64,000 nt of DNA, taken from assembly GCA_964057225.1 (NCBI GenBank), contig OZ059900.1, positions 23,126,001 to 23,190,000 on the forward strand, written 5' to 3'. The stretch's first letter is position 1; the number at the start of each line of letters is the position of its first letter. Under the pieces are notes generated by a model. That model was not told the DNA's origin, made no database searches, and saw only the letters and a program-made list of their open reading frames with translations. The position numbers and the translations under genes are program-made. This document shows positions 1 through 12,299 of this stretch, one piece after another. Origin of the DNA: Auanema rhodensis. Taxonomy: Eukaryota; Animalia; Nematoda.

Positions 1-999
1 TCGTTGCATTTGACGACTCATATGAACAAAAAATCGATTTAATCAATATTAGCCATAAGGGGCGTGCCCTCAGAATATGCTAATTTCCTTAATTTTCTAA
101 CCCCTGTTTTTTTGTCGTGAAAGTGGAACTAGACGTTGTACAAACAATTTTGAGCTAGGTTTCATTGACATTGCATGAGTTTGAACACATGAAATCGTAA
201 GTCAAAACCTTGTTTACAGCGAAATTTCCAAAAACTGGTTTTCCAGCATAATAAAATATTTCTCATGAGAAATACTGTGTTTTTGTATTTTTCTAGTGTT
301 CAGCATGTAAAATGCTTCATTTTAGTATGTAACACGCTGAAATTCGTTGCATTTGACGACTCATATGAACAAAAATCGATTTAATCAATATTAGCCATAA
401 GGGGCGTGCCCTCAGAATATGCTAATTTCCTTAATTTTCTAACCCCTGTTTTTTTGTCGTGAAAGTGGAACTAGACGTTGTACAAACAATTTTGAGCTAG
501 GTTTCATTGACATTGCATGAGTTTGAACACATGAAATCGTAAGTCAAAACCTTGTTTACAGCGAAATTTCCAAAAACTGGTTTTCCAGCATGATAAAATA
601 TTTCTCATGGGAAATACTGTGTTTTTGTATTTTTCTAGTGTTCAGCATGTGAAATGCTTCATTTTAGTATGTAACACGCTGAAATTCGTTGCATTTGACG
701 ACTCATATGAACAAAAATCGATTTAATCAATATTAGCCATAAGGGGCGTGCCCTCAGAATATGCTAATTTCCTTAATTTTCTAACCCCTGTTTTTTTGTC
801 GTGAAAGTGGAACTAGACGTTGTACGAACAATTTTGAGCTAGGTTTCATTGACATTGCATGAGTTTGAACACATAAAATCGTAAGTCAAAACCTTGTTTA
901 CAGCGAAATTTCCAAAAACTGGTTTTCCAGCATAATAAAATATTTCTCATGGGAAATACTGTGTTTTTGTATTTTTCTAGTGTTCAGCATGTAAAATGC

Positions 1000-3400
1000 T
1001 TCATTTTAGTATGTAACACGCTGAAATTCGTTGCATTTGACGACTCATATGAACAAAAATCGATTTAATCAATATTAGCCATAAGGGGCGTGCCCTCAGA
1101 ATATGCTAATTTCCTTAATTTTCTAACCCCTGTTTTTTCGTCGTGAAAGTGGAACTAGACGTTGTACGAACAATTTTGAGCTAGGTTTCATTGACATTGC
1201 ATGAGTTTGAACACATGAAATCGTAAGTCAAAACCTTGTTTACAGCGAAATTTCCAAAAACTGGTTTTCCAGCATAATAAAATATTTCTCATGGGAAATA
1301 CTGTGTTTTTGTATTTTTCTAGTGTTCAGCATGTAAAATGCTTCATTTTAGTATGTAACACGCTGAAATTCGTTGCATTTGACGACTCATATGAACAAAA
1401 ATCGATTTAATCAATATTAGCCATAAGGGGCGTGCCCTCAGAATATGCTAATTTCCTTAATTTTCTAACCCCTGTTTTTTTGTCGTGAAAGTGGAACTAG
1501 ACGTTGTACGAACAATTTTGAGCTAGGTTACATTGACATTGCATGAGTTTGAACACATGAAATCGTAAGTCAAAACCTTGTTTACAGCGAAATTTCCAAA
1601 AACTGGTTTTCCAGCATAATAAAATATTTTTCATGGGAAATACTGTGTTTTTGTATTTTTCTAGTGTTCAGCATGTAAAATGCTTCATTTTAGTATGTAA
1701 CACGCTGAAATTCGTTGCATTTGACGACTCATATGAACAAAAATCGATTTAATCAATATTAGCCATAAGGGGCGTGCCCTCAGAATATGCTAATTTCCTT
1801 AATTTTCTAACCCTTGTTTTTTTGTCGTGAAACTGGAACTAGACGTTGTACAAACAATTTTGAGCTAGGTTTCATTGACATTGCATGAGTTTGAACACAT
1901 AAAATCGTAAGTCAAAACCTTGTTTACAGCGAAATTTCCAAAAACTGGTTTTCCAGCATAATAAAATATTTCTCATGGGAAATACTGTGTTTTTGTATTT
2001 TTCTAGTGTTCAGCATGTAAAATGCTTCATTTTAGTATGTAACACGCTGAAATTCGTTGCATTTGACGACTCATATGAACAAAAATCGATTTAATCAATA
2101 TTAGCCATAAGGGGCGTGCCCTCAGAATATGCTAATTTCCTTAATTTTCTAACCCTTGTTTTTTTGTCGTGAAACTGGAACTAGACGTTGTACAAACAAT
2201 TTTGAGCTAGGTTTCATTGACATTGCATGAGTTTGAACACATGAAATCGTAAGTCAAAACCTTGTTTACAGCGAAATTTCCAAAAACTGGTTTTCCAGCA
2301 TAATAAAATATTTCTCATGGGAAATACTGTGTTTTTGTATTTTTCTAGTGTTCAGCATGTAAAATGCTTCATTTTAGTATGTAACACGCTGAAATTCGTT
2401 GCATTTGACGACTCATATGAACAAAAATCGATTTAATCAATATTAGCCATAAGGGGCGTGCCCTCAGAATATGCTAATTTCCTTAATTTTCTAACCCCTG
2501 TTTTTTCGTCGTGAAAGTGGAACTAGACGTTGTACGAACAATTTTGAGCTAGGTTTCATTGACATTGCATGAGTTTGAACACATGAAATCGTAAGTCAAA
2601 ACCTTGTTTACAGCGAAATTTCCAAAAACTGGTTTTCCAGCATAATAAAATATTTCTCATGGGAAATACTGTGTTTTTGTATTTTTCTAGTGTTCAGCAT
2701 GTAAAATGCTTCATTTTAGTATGTAACACGCTGAAATTCGTTGCATTTGACGACTCATATGAACAAAAATCGATTTAATCAATATTAGCCATAAGGGGCG
2801 TGCCCTCAGAATATGCTAATTTCCTTAATTTTCTAACCCCTGTTTTTTTGTCGTGAAAGTGGAACTAGACGTTGTACGAACAATTTTGAGCTAGGTTACA
2901 TTGACATTGCATGAGTTTGAACACATGAAATCGTAAGTCAAAACCTTGTTTACAGCGAAATTTCCAAAAACTGGTTTTCCAGCATAATAAAATATTTTTC
3001 ATGGGAAATACTGTGTTTTTGTATTTTTCTAGTGTTCAGCATGTAAAATGCTTCATTTTAGTATGTAACACGCTGAAATTCGTTGCATTTGACGACTCAT
3101 ATGAACAAAAATCGATTTAATCAATATTAGCCATAAGGGGCGTGCCCTCAGAATATGCTAATTTCCTTAATTTTCTAACCCTTGTTTTTTTGTCGTGAAA
3201 CTGGAACTAGACGTTGTACAAACAATTTTGAGCTAGGTTTCATTGACATTGCATGAGTTTGAACACATGAAATCGTAAGTCAAAACCTTGTTTACAGCGA
3301 AATTTCCAAAAACTGGTTTTCCAGCATAATAAAATATTTCTCATGGGAAATACTGTGTTTTTGTATTTTTCTAGTGTTCAGCATGTAAAATGCTTCATTT
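1000..3400. repeat. Local 4-monomer HOR, 2 copies (period 1368 bp)
   Basis: Private variants repeat at +1368: ttttttCgtcg (~1139, ~2507), aggttAcatt (~1530, ~2898), atatttTtcatg (~1630, ~2998), cccTtg...gaaaCtgg (~1814, ~3182). Confidence 0.85.
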
Positions 3401-5229
3401 TAGTATGTAACACGCTGAAATTCGTTGCATTTGACGACTCATATGAACAAAAATCGATTTAATCAATATTAGCCATAAGGGGCGTGCCCTCAGAATATGC
3501 TAATTTCCTTAATTTTCTAACCCCTGTTTTTTTGTCGTGAAAGTGGAACTAGACGTTGTACGAACAATTTTGAGCTAGGTTTCATTGACATTGCATGAGT
3601 TTGAACACATGAAATCGTAAGTCAAAACCTTGTTTACAGCGAAATTTCCAAAAACTGGTTTTCCAGCATAATAAAATATTTCTCATGGGAAATACTGTGT
3701 TTTTGTATTTTTCTAGTGTTCAGCATGTAAAATGCTTCATTTTAGTATGTAACACGCTAAAATTCGTTGCATTTGACGACTCATATGAACAAAAATCGAT
3801 TTAATCAATATTAGCCATAAGGGGCGTGCCCTCAGAATATGCTAATTTCCTTAATTTTCTAACCCCTGTTTTTTTGTCGTGAAAGTGGAACTAGACGTTG
3901 TACGAACAATTTTGAGCTAGGTTTCATTGACATTGCATGAGTTTGAACATATGAAATCGTAAGTCAAAACCTTGTTTACAGCGAAATTTCCAAAAACTGG
4001 TTTTCCAGCATAATAAAATATTTCTTATGGGAAATACTGTGTTTTTGTATTTTTCTAGTGTTCAGCATGTAAAATGCTTCATTTTAGTATGTAACACGCT
4101 GAAATTCGTTGCATTTGACGACTCATATGAACAAAAATCGATTTAATCAATATTAGCCATAAGGGGCGTGCCCTCAGAATATGCTAATTTCCTTAATTTT
4201 CTAACCCCTGTTTTTTTGTCGTGAAAGTGGAATTAGACGTTGTAGGAACAATTTTGAGCTAGGTTTCATTGACATTGCATGAGCTTGAACACATGAAATC
4301 GTAAGTCAAAACCTTGTTTACAGCGAAATTTCCAAAAACTGGTTTTCCAGCATAATAAAATATTTCTCATGGGAAATACTGTGTTTTTGTATTTTTCTAG
4401 TGTTCAGCATGTAAAATACTTCATTTTAGTATGTAACACGCTGAAATTCGTTGCATTTGACGACTCATATGAACAAAAATCGATTTAATCAATATTAGCC
4501 ATAAGGGGCGTGCCCTCAGAATATGCTAATTTCCTAAATTTTCTAACCCCTGTTTTTTTGTCGTGAAAGTGGAACTAGACGTTGTACGAACAATTTTGAG
4601 CTAGGTTTCATTGACATTGCATGAGTTTGAACACATGAAATCGTAAGTCAAAACCTTGTTTACAGCGAAATTTCCAAAAACTGGTTTTCCAGCATAATAA
4701 AATATTTCTCATGGGAAAAACTGTGTTTTTGTATTTTTCTAGTGTTCAGCTTGTGAAATGCTTCATTTTAGTATGTAACACGCTGAAATTTGTTGCATTT
4801 GACGACTCATATGAACAAAAATCGATTTAATCAATATTAGCCATAAGGGGCGTGCCCTCAGAATATGCTAATTTCCTTAATTTTCTAACCCCTGTTTTTT
4901 TGTCGTGAAAGTGGAACTAGACGTTGTACGAACAATTTTGAGCTAGGTTTCATTGACATTGCATGAGTTTGAACACATGAAATCGTAAGTCAAAACCTTG
5001 TTTACAGCGAAATTTCCAAAAACTGGTTTTCCAGCATAATAAAATATTTCTCATGGGAAATACTGTGTTTTTGTATTTTTCTAGTGTTCAGCATGTAAAA
5101 TACTTCATTTTAGTATGTAACACGCTGAAATTCGTTGCATTTGACGACTCATATGAACAAAAATCGATTTAATCAATATTAGCCATAAGGGGCGTGCCCT
5201 CAGAATATGCTAATTTCCTAAATTTTCTA

Positions 5230-8200
5230 ACCCCTGTTTTTTTGTCGTGAAAGTGGAACTAGACGTTGTACGAACAATTTTGAGCTAGGTTTCATTGACA
5301 TTGCATGAGTTTGAACACATGAAATCGTAAGTCAAAACCTTGTTTACAGCGAAATTTCCAAAAACTGGTTTTCCAGCATAATAAAATATTTCTCATGGGA
5401 AAAACTGTGTTTTTGTATTTTTCTAGTGTTCAGCTTGTAAAATGCTTCATTTTAGTATGTAACACGCTGAAATTTGTTGCATTTGACGACTCATATGAAC
5501 AAAAATCGATTTAATCAATATTAGCCATAAGGGGCGTGCCCTCAGAATATGCTAATTTCCTTAATTTTCTAACCCCTGTTTTTTTGTCGTGAAAGTGGAA
5601 CTAGACGTTGTACGAACAATTTTGAGCTAGGTTTCATTGACATTGCATGAGTTTGAACACATGAAATCGTAAGTCAAAACCTTGTTTACAGCGAAATTTC
5701 CAAAAACTGGTTTTCCAGCATAATAAAATATTTCTTATGGGAAATACTGTGTTTTTGTATTTTTCTAGTGTTCAGCATGTAAAATGCTTCATTTTAGTAT
5801 GTAACACGCTGAAATTCGTTGCATTTGACGACTCATATGAACAAAAATCGATTTAATCAATATTAGCCATAAGGGGCGTGCCCTCAGAATATGCTAATTT
5901 CCTTAATTTTCTAACCCCTGTTTTTTTGTCGTGAAAGTGGAATTAGACGTTGTAGGAACAATTTTGAGCTAGGTTTCATTGACATTGCATGAGTTTGAAC
6001 ACATGAAATCGTAAGTCAAAACCTTGTTTACAGCGAAATTTCCAAAAACTGGTTTTCCAGCATAATAAAATATTTCTCATGGGAAATACTGTGTTTTTGT
6101 ATTTTTCTAGTGTTCAGCATGTAAAATGCTTCATTTTAGTATGTAACACGCTGAAATTCGTTGCATTTGACGACTCATATGAACAAAAATCGATTTAATC
6201 AATATTAGCCATAAGGGGCGTGCCCTCAGAATATGCTAATTTCCTTAATTTTCTAACCCCTGTTTTTTTGTCGTGAAAGTGGAACTAGACGTTGTACGAA
6301 CAATTTTGAGCTAGGTTTCATTGACATTGCATGAGTTTGAACACATGAAATCGTAAGTCAAAACCTTGTTTACAGCGAAATTACCAAAAACTGGTTTTCC
6401 AGCATAATAAAATATTTCTCATGGGAAATACTGTGTTTTTGTATTTTTCTAGTGTTCAGCATGTAAAATGCTTCATTTTAGTATGTAACACGCTGAAATT
6501 CGTTGCATTTGACGACTCATATGAACAAAAATCGATTTAATCAATATTAGCCATAACGGGCGTGCCCTCAGAATATGCTAATTTCCTTAATTTTCTAACC
6601 CTTGTTTTTTTTGTCGTGAAACTGGAACTAGACGTTGTACAAACAATTTTGAGCTAGGTTTCATTGACATTGCATGAGTTTGAACACATGAAATCGTAAG
6701 TCAAAACCTTGTTTACAGCGAAATTTCCAAAAACTGGTTTTCCAGCATAATAAAATATTTCTCATGGGAAATACTGTGTTTTTGTATTTTTCTAGTGTTC
6801 AGCATGTAAAATGCTTCATTTTAGTATGTAACACGCTGAAATTCGTTGCATTTGACGACTCATATGAACAAAAATCGATTTAATCAATATTAGCCATAAG
6901 GGGCGTGCCCTCAGAATATGCTAATTTCCTTAATTTTCTAACCCCTGTTTTTTTGTCGTGAAAGTGGAACTAGACGTTGTACGAACAATTTTGAGCTAGG
7001 TTTCATTGACATTGCATGAGTTTGAACACATGAAATCGTAAGTCAAAACCTTGTTTACAGCGAAATTTCCAAAAACTGGTTTTCCAGCATAATAAAATAT
7101 TTCTCATGGGAAATACTGTGTTTTTGTATTTTTCTAGTGTTCAGCATGTAAAATGCTTCATTTTAGTATGTAACACGCTAAAATTCGTTGCATTTGACGA
7201 CTCATATGAACAAAAATCGATTTAATCAATATTAGCCATAAGGGGCGTGCCCTCAGAATATGCTAATTTCCTTAATTTTCTAACCCCTGTTTTTTTGTCG
7301 TGAAAGTGGAACTAGACGTTGTACGAACAATTTTGAGCTAGGTTTCATTGACATTGCATGAGTTTGAACACATGAAATCGTAAGTCAAAACCTTGTTTAC
7401 AGCGAAATTTCCAAAAACTGGTTTTCCAGCATAATAAAATATTTCTCATGGGAAATACTGCGTTTTTGTATTTTTCTAGTGTTCAGCATGTAAAATGCTT
7501 CATTTTAGTATGTAACACGCTAAAATTCGTTGCATTTGACGACTCATATGAACAAAAATCGATTTAATCAATATTAGTCATAAGGGGCGTGCCCTCAGAA
7601 TATGCTAATTTCCTTAATTTTCTAACCCCTGTTTTTTTGTCGTGAAAGTGGAACTAGACGTCGTACGAACAATTTTGAGCTAGGTTTCATTGACATTGCA
7701 TGAGTTTGAACACATGAAATCGTAAGTCAAAACCTTGTTTACAGCGAAATTTCCAAAAACTGGTTTTCCAGCATAATAAAATATTTCTCATGGGAAAAAC
7801 TGTGTTTTTGTATTTTTCTAGTGTTCAGCTTGTAAAATGCTTCATTTTAGTATGTAACACGCTGAAATTTGTTGCATTTGACGACTCATATGAACAAAAA
7901 TCGATTTAATCAATATTAGCCATAAGGGGCGTGCCCTCAGAATATGCTAATTTCCTTAATTTTCTAACCCCTGTTTTTTTGTCGTGAAAGTGGAACTAGA
8001 CGTTGTACGAACAATTTTGAGCTAGGTTTCATTGACATTGCATGAGTTTGAACACATGAAATCGTAAGTCAAAACCTTGTTTACAGCGAAATTTCCAAAA
8101 ACTGGTTTTCCAGCATAATAAAATATTTCTCATGGGAAAAACTGTGTTTTTGTATTTTTCTAGTGTTCAGCTTGTAAAATGCTTCATTTTAGTATGTAAC

Positions 8201-10530
8201 ACGCTGAAATTTGTTGCATTTGACGACTCATATGAACAAAAATCGATTTAATCAATATTAGCCATAAGGGGCGTGCCCTCAGAATATGCTAATTTCCTTA
8301 ATTTTCTAACCCCTGTTTTTTTGTCGTGAAAGTGGAACTAGACGTTGTACGAACAATTTTGAGCTAGGTTTCATTGACATTGCATGAGTTTGAACACATG
8401 AAATCGTAAGTCAAAACCTTGTTTACAGCGAAATTTCCAAAAACTGGTTTTCCAGCATAATAAAATATTTCTTATGGGAAATACTGTGTTTTTGTATTTT
8501 TCTAGTGTTCAGCATGTAAAATGCTTCATTTTAGTATGTAACACGCTGAAATTCGTTGCATTTGACGACTCATATGAACAAAAATCGATTTAATCAATAT
8601 TAGCCATAAGGGGCGTGCCCTCAGAATATGCTAATTTCCTTAATTTTCTAACCCCTGTTTTTTTGTCGTGAAAGTGGAAATAGACGTTGTAGGAACAATT
8701 TTGAGCTAGGTTTCATTGACATTGCATGAGTTTGAACACATGAAATCGTAAGTCAAAACCTTGTTTACAGCGAAATTTCCAAAAACTGGTTTTCCAGCAT
8801 AATAAAATATTTCTCATGGGAAATACTGTGTTTTTGTATTTTTCTAGTGTTCAGCATGTAAAATGCTTCATTTTAGTATGTAACACGCTGAAATTCGTTG
8901 CATTTGACGACTCATATGAACAAAAATCGATTTAATCAATATTAGCCATAAGGGGCGTGCCCTCAGAATATGCTAATTTCCCTAATTTTCTAACCCCTGT
9001 TTTTTTGTCGTGAAAGTGGAACTAGACGTTGTACGAACAATTTTGAGCTAGGTTTCATTGACATTGCATGAGTTTGAACACATGAAATCGTAAGTCAAAA
9101 CCTTGTTTACAGCGAAATTACCAAAAACTGGTTTTCCAGCATAATAAAATATTTCTCATGGGAAATACTGTGTTTTTGTATTTTTCTAGTGTTCAGCATG
9201 TAAAATGCTTCATTTTAGTATGTAACACGCTGAAATTCGTTGCATTTGACGACTCATATGAACAAAAATCGATTTAATCAATATTAGCCATAACGGGCGT
9301 GCCCTCAGAATATGCTAATTTCCTTAATTTTCTAACCCTTGTTTTTTTTGTCGTGAAACTGGAACTAGACGTTGTACAAACAATTTTGAGCTAGGTTTCA
9401 TTGACATTGCATGAGTTTGAACACATGAAATCGTAAGTCAAAACCTTGTTTACAGCGAAATTTCCAAAAACTGGTTTTCCAGCATAATAAAATATTTCTC
9501 ATGGGAAATACTGTGTTTTTGTATTTTTCTAGTGTTCAGCATGTAAAATGCTTCATTTTAGTATGTAACACGCTGAAATTCGTTGCATTTGACGACTCAT
9601 ATGAACAAAAATCGATTTAATCAATATTAGCCATAAGGGGCGTGCCCTCAGAATATGCTAATTTCCTTAATTTTCTAACCCCTGTTTTTTTGTCGTGAAA
9701 GTGGAACTAGACGTTGTACGAACAATTTTGAGCTAGGTTTCATTGACATTGCATGAGTTTGAACACATGAAATCGTAAGTCAAAACCTTGTTTACAGCGA
9801 AATTTCCAAAAACTGGTTTTCCAGCATAATAAAATATTTCTCATGGGAAATACTGTGTTTTTGTATTTTTCTAGTGTTCAGCATGTAAAATGCTTCATTT
9901 TAGTATGTAACACGCTAAAATTCGTTGCATTTGACGACTCATATGAACAAAAATCGATTTAATCAATATTAGCCATAAGGGGCGTGCCCTCAGAATATGC
10001 TAATTTCCTTAATTTTCTAACCCCTGTTTTTTTGTCGTGAAAGTGGAACTAGACGTTGTACGAACAATTTTGAGCTAGGTTTCATTGACATTGCATGAGT
10101 TTGAACACATGAAATCGTAAGTCAAAACCTTGTTTACAGCGAAATTTCCAAAAACTGGTTTTCCAGCATAATAAAATATTTCTCATGGGAAATACTGCGT
10201 TTTTGTATTTTTCTAGTGTTCAGCATGTAAAATGCTTCATTTTAGTATGTAACACGCTAAAATTCGTTGCATTTGACGACTCATATGAACAAAAATCGAT
10301 TTAATCAATATTAGTCATAAGGGGCGTGCCCTCAGAATATGCTAATTTCCTTAATTTTCTAACCCCTGTTTTTTTGTCGTGAAAGTGGAACTAGACGTCG
10401 TACGAACAATTTTGAGCTAGGTTTCATTGACATTGCATGAGTTTGAACACATGAAATCGTAAGTCAAAACCTTGTTTACAGCGAAATTTCCAAAAACTGG
10501 TTTTCCAGCATAATAAAATATTTCTCATGG
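5230..10530. repeat. Local 8-monomer HOR, ~2 copies (period 2737 bp)
   Basis: Private variants repeat at +2737: aattAccaaa (6383, 9120), ataaCggg (~6557, ~9294), T8 tract (~6605, ~9342), actgCgttt (7461, 10198), ttagTcata (~7578, ~10315), gacgtCgtac (7662, 10399). Confidence 0.9.
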
Positions 10531-12299
10531 GAAATACTGTGTTTTTGTATTTTTCTAGTGTTCAGCATGTAAAATGCTTCATTTTAGTATGTAACACGCT
10601 GAAATTCGTTGCATTTGACGACTCATATGAACAAAAATCGATTTAATCAATATTAGCCATAAGGGGCGTGCCCTCAGAATATGCTAATTTCCTTAATTTT
10701 CTAACCCCTGTTTTTTTGTCGTGAAAGTGGAACTAGACGTTATACAAACAATTTTGAGCTAGGTTTCATTGACATTGCATGAGTTTGAACACATGAAATC
10801 GTAAGTCAAAACCTTGTTTACAGCGAAATTTCCAAAAACTGGTTTTCCAGCATAATAAAATATTTCTCATGGGAAATACTGTGTTTTTGTATTTTTCTAG
10901 TGTTCAGCATGTAAAATGCTTCATTTTAGTATGTAACACGCTGAAATTCGTTGCATTTGACGACTCATATGAACAAAAATCGATTTAATCAATATTAGCC
11001 ATAAGGGGCGTGCCCTCAGAATATGCTAATTTCCTTAATTTTCTAACCCCTGTTTTTTGTCGTGAAAGTGGAACTAGACGTTGTAGGAACAATTTTGAGC
11101 TAGGTTTCATTGACATTGCATGAGTTTGAACACATGAAATCGTAAGTCAAAACCTTGTTTACAGCGAAATTTCCAAAAACTGGTTTTCCAGCATAATAAA
11201 ATATTTCTCATGGGAAATACTGTGTTTTTGTATTTTTCTAGTGTTCAGCATGTAAAATACTTCATTTTAGTATGTAACACGCTGAAATTCGTTGCATTTG
11301 ACGACTCATATGAACAAAAATCGATTTAATCAATATAAGCCATAAGGGGCGTGCCCTCAGAATATGCTAATTTCCTTAATTTTCTAACCCCTGTTTTTTG
11401 TCGTGAAAGTGGAACTAGACGTTGTAGGAACAATTTTGAGCTAGGTTTCATTGACATTGCATGAGTTTGAACACATGAAATCGTAAGTCAAAACCTTGTT
11501 TACCGCGAAATTTCCAAAAACTGGTTTTCCAGCATAATAAAATATTTCTCATGGGAAATACTGTGTTTTTGTATTTTTCTAGTGTTCAGCATGTAAAATA
11601 CTTCATTTTAGTATGTAACACGCTGAAATTCGTTGCATTTGACGACTCATATGAACAAAAATCGATTTAATCAATATTAGCCATAAGGGGCGTGCCCTCA
11701 GAATATGCTAATTTCCTTAATTTTCTAACCCCTGTTTTTTTGTCGTGAAAGTGGAATTAGACGTTGTAGGAACAATTTTGAGCTAGGTTTCATTGACATT
11801 GCATGAGTTTGAACACATGAAATCGTAAGTCAAAACCTTGTTTACAGCGAAATTTCCAAAAACTGGTTTTCCAGCATAATAAAATATTTCTCATGGGAAA
11901 TACTGTGTTTTTGTATTTTTCTAGTGTTCAGCATGTAAAATACTTTATTTTAGTATGTAACACGCTGAAATTCGTTGCATTTGACGACTCATATGAACAA
12001 AAATCGATTTAATCAATATTAGCCATAAGGGGCGTGCCCTCAGAATATGCTAATTTCCTAAATTTTCTAACCCCTGTTTTTTTGTCGTGAAAGTGGAACT
12101 AGACGTTGTACGAACAATTTTGAGCTAGGTTTCATTGACATTGCATGAGTTTGAACACATGAAATCGTAAGTCAAAACCTTGTTTACAGCGAAATTTCCA
12201 AAAACTGGTTTTCCAGCATAATAAAATATTTCTCATGGGAAAAACTGTGTTTTTGTATTTTTCTAGTGTTCAGCTTGTAAAATGCTTCATTTTAGTATG

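Noticed and set aside
86-105. Telomere-like words (ctaaccc; cctaaa in a variant)
   Set aside because: These are single, non-tandem 6-7-mers expected by chance in AT-rich DNA.
165-200. Bacterial sigma70 -35 element TTGACA in every monomer
   Set aside because: There is no TATAAT-like -10 at the correct spacing, and the context is satellite DNA.
251-340. MITE or transposon terminal inverted repeats
   Set aside because: The inverted repeats are short and internal. No element-bounding TIR pair or target-site duplication was seen.
1-343. Tandem 5S rRNA, tRNA, snRNA or spliced-leader gene unit
   Set aside because: The unit size is compatible and there is a T7 tract, but I recognise no 5S, tRNA or snRNA sequence, cloverleaf or Pol III A/B/C boxes. 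An Infernal/Rfam scan would settle it.
342-358. CENP-B box-like motif attcgttgcatttgacg
   Set aside because: It matches TTCG and the central A of NTTCGNNNNANNCGGGN but has TGAC instead of CGGG (6 of 9 key bases), so it is not a canonical box.
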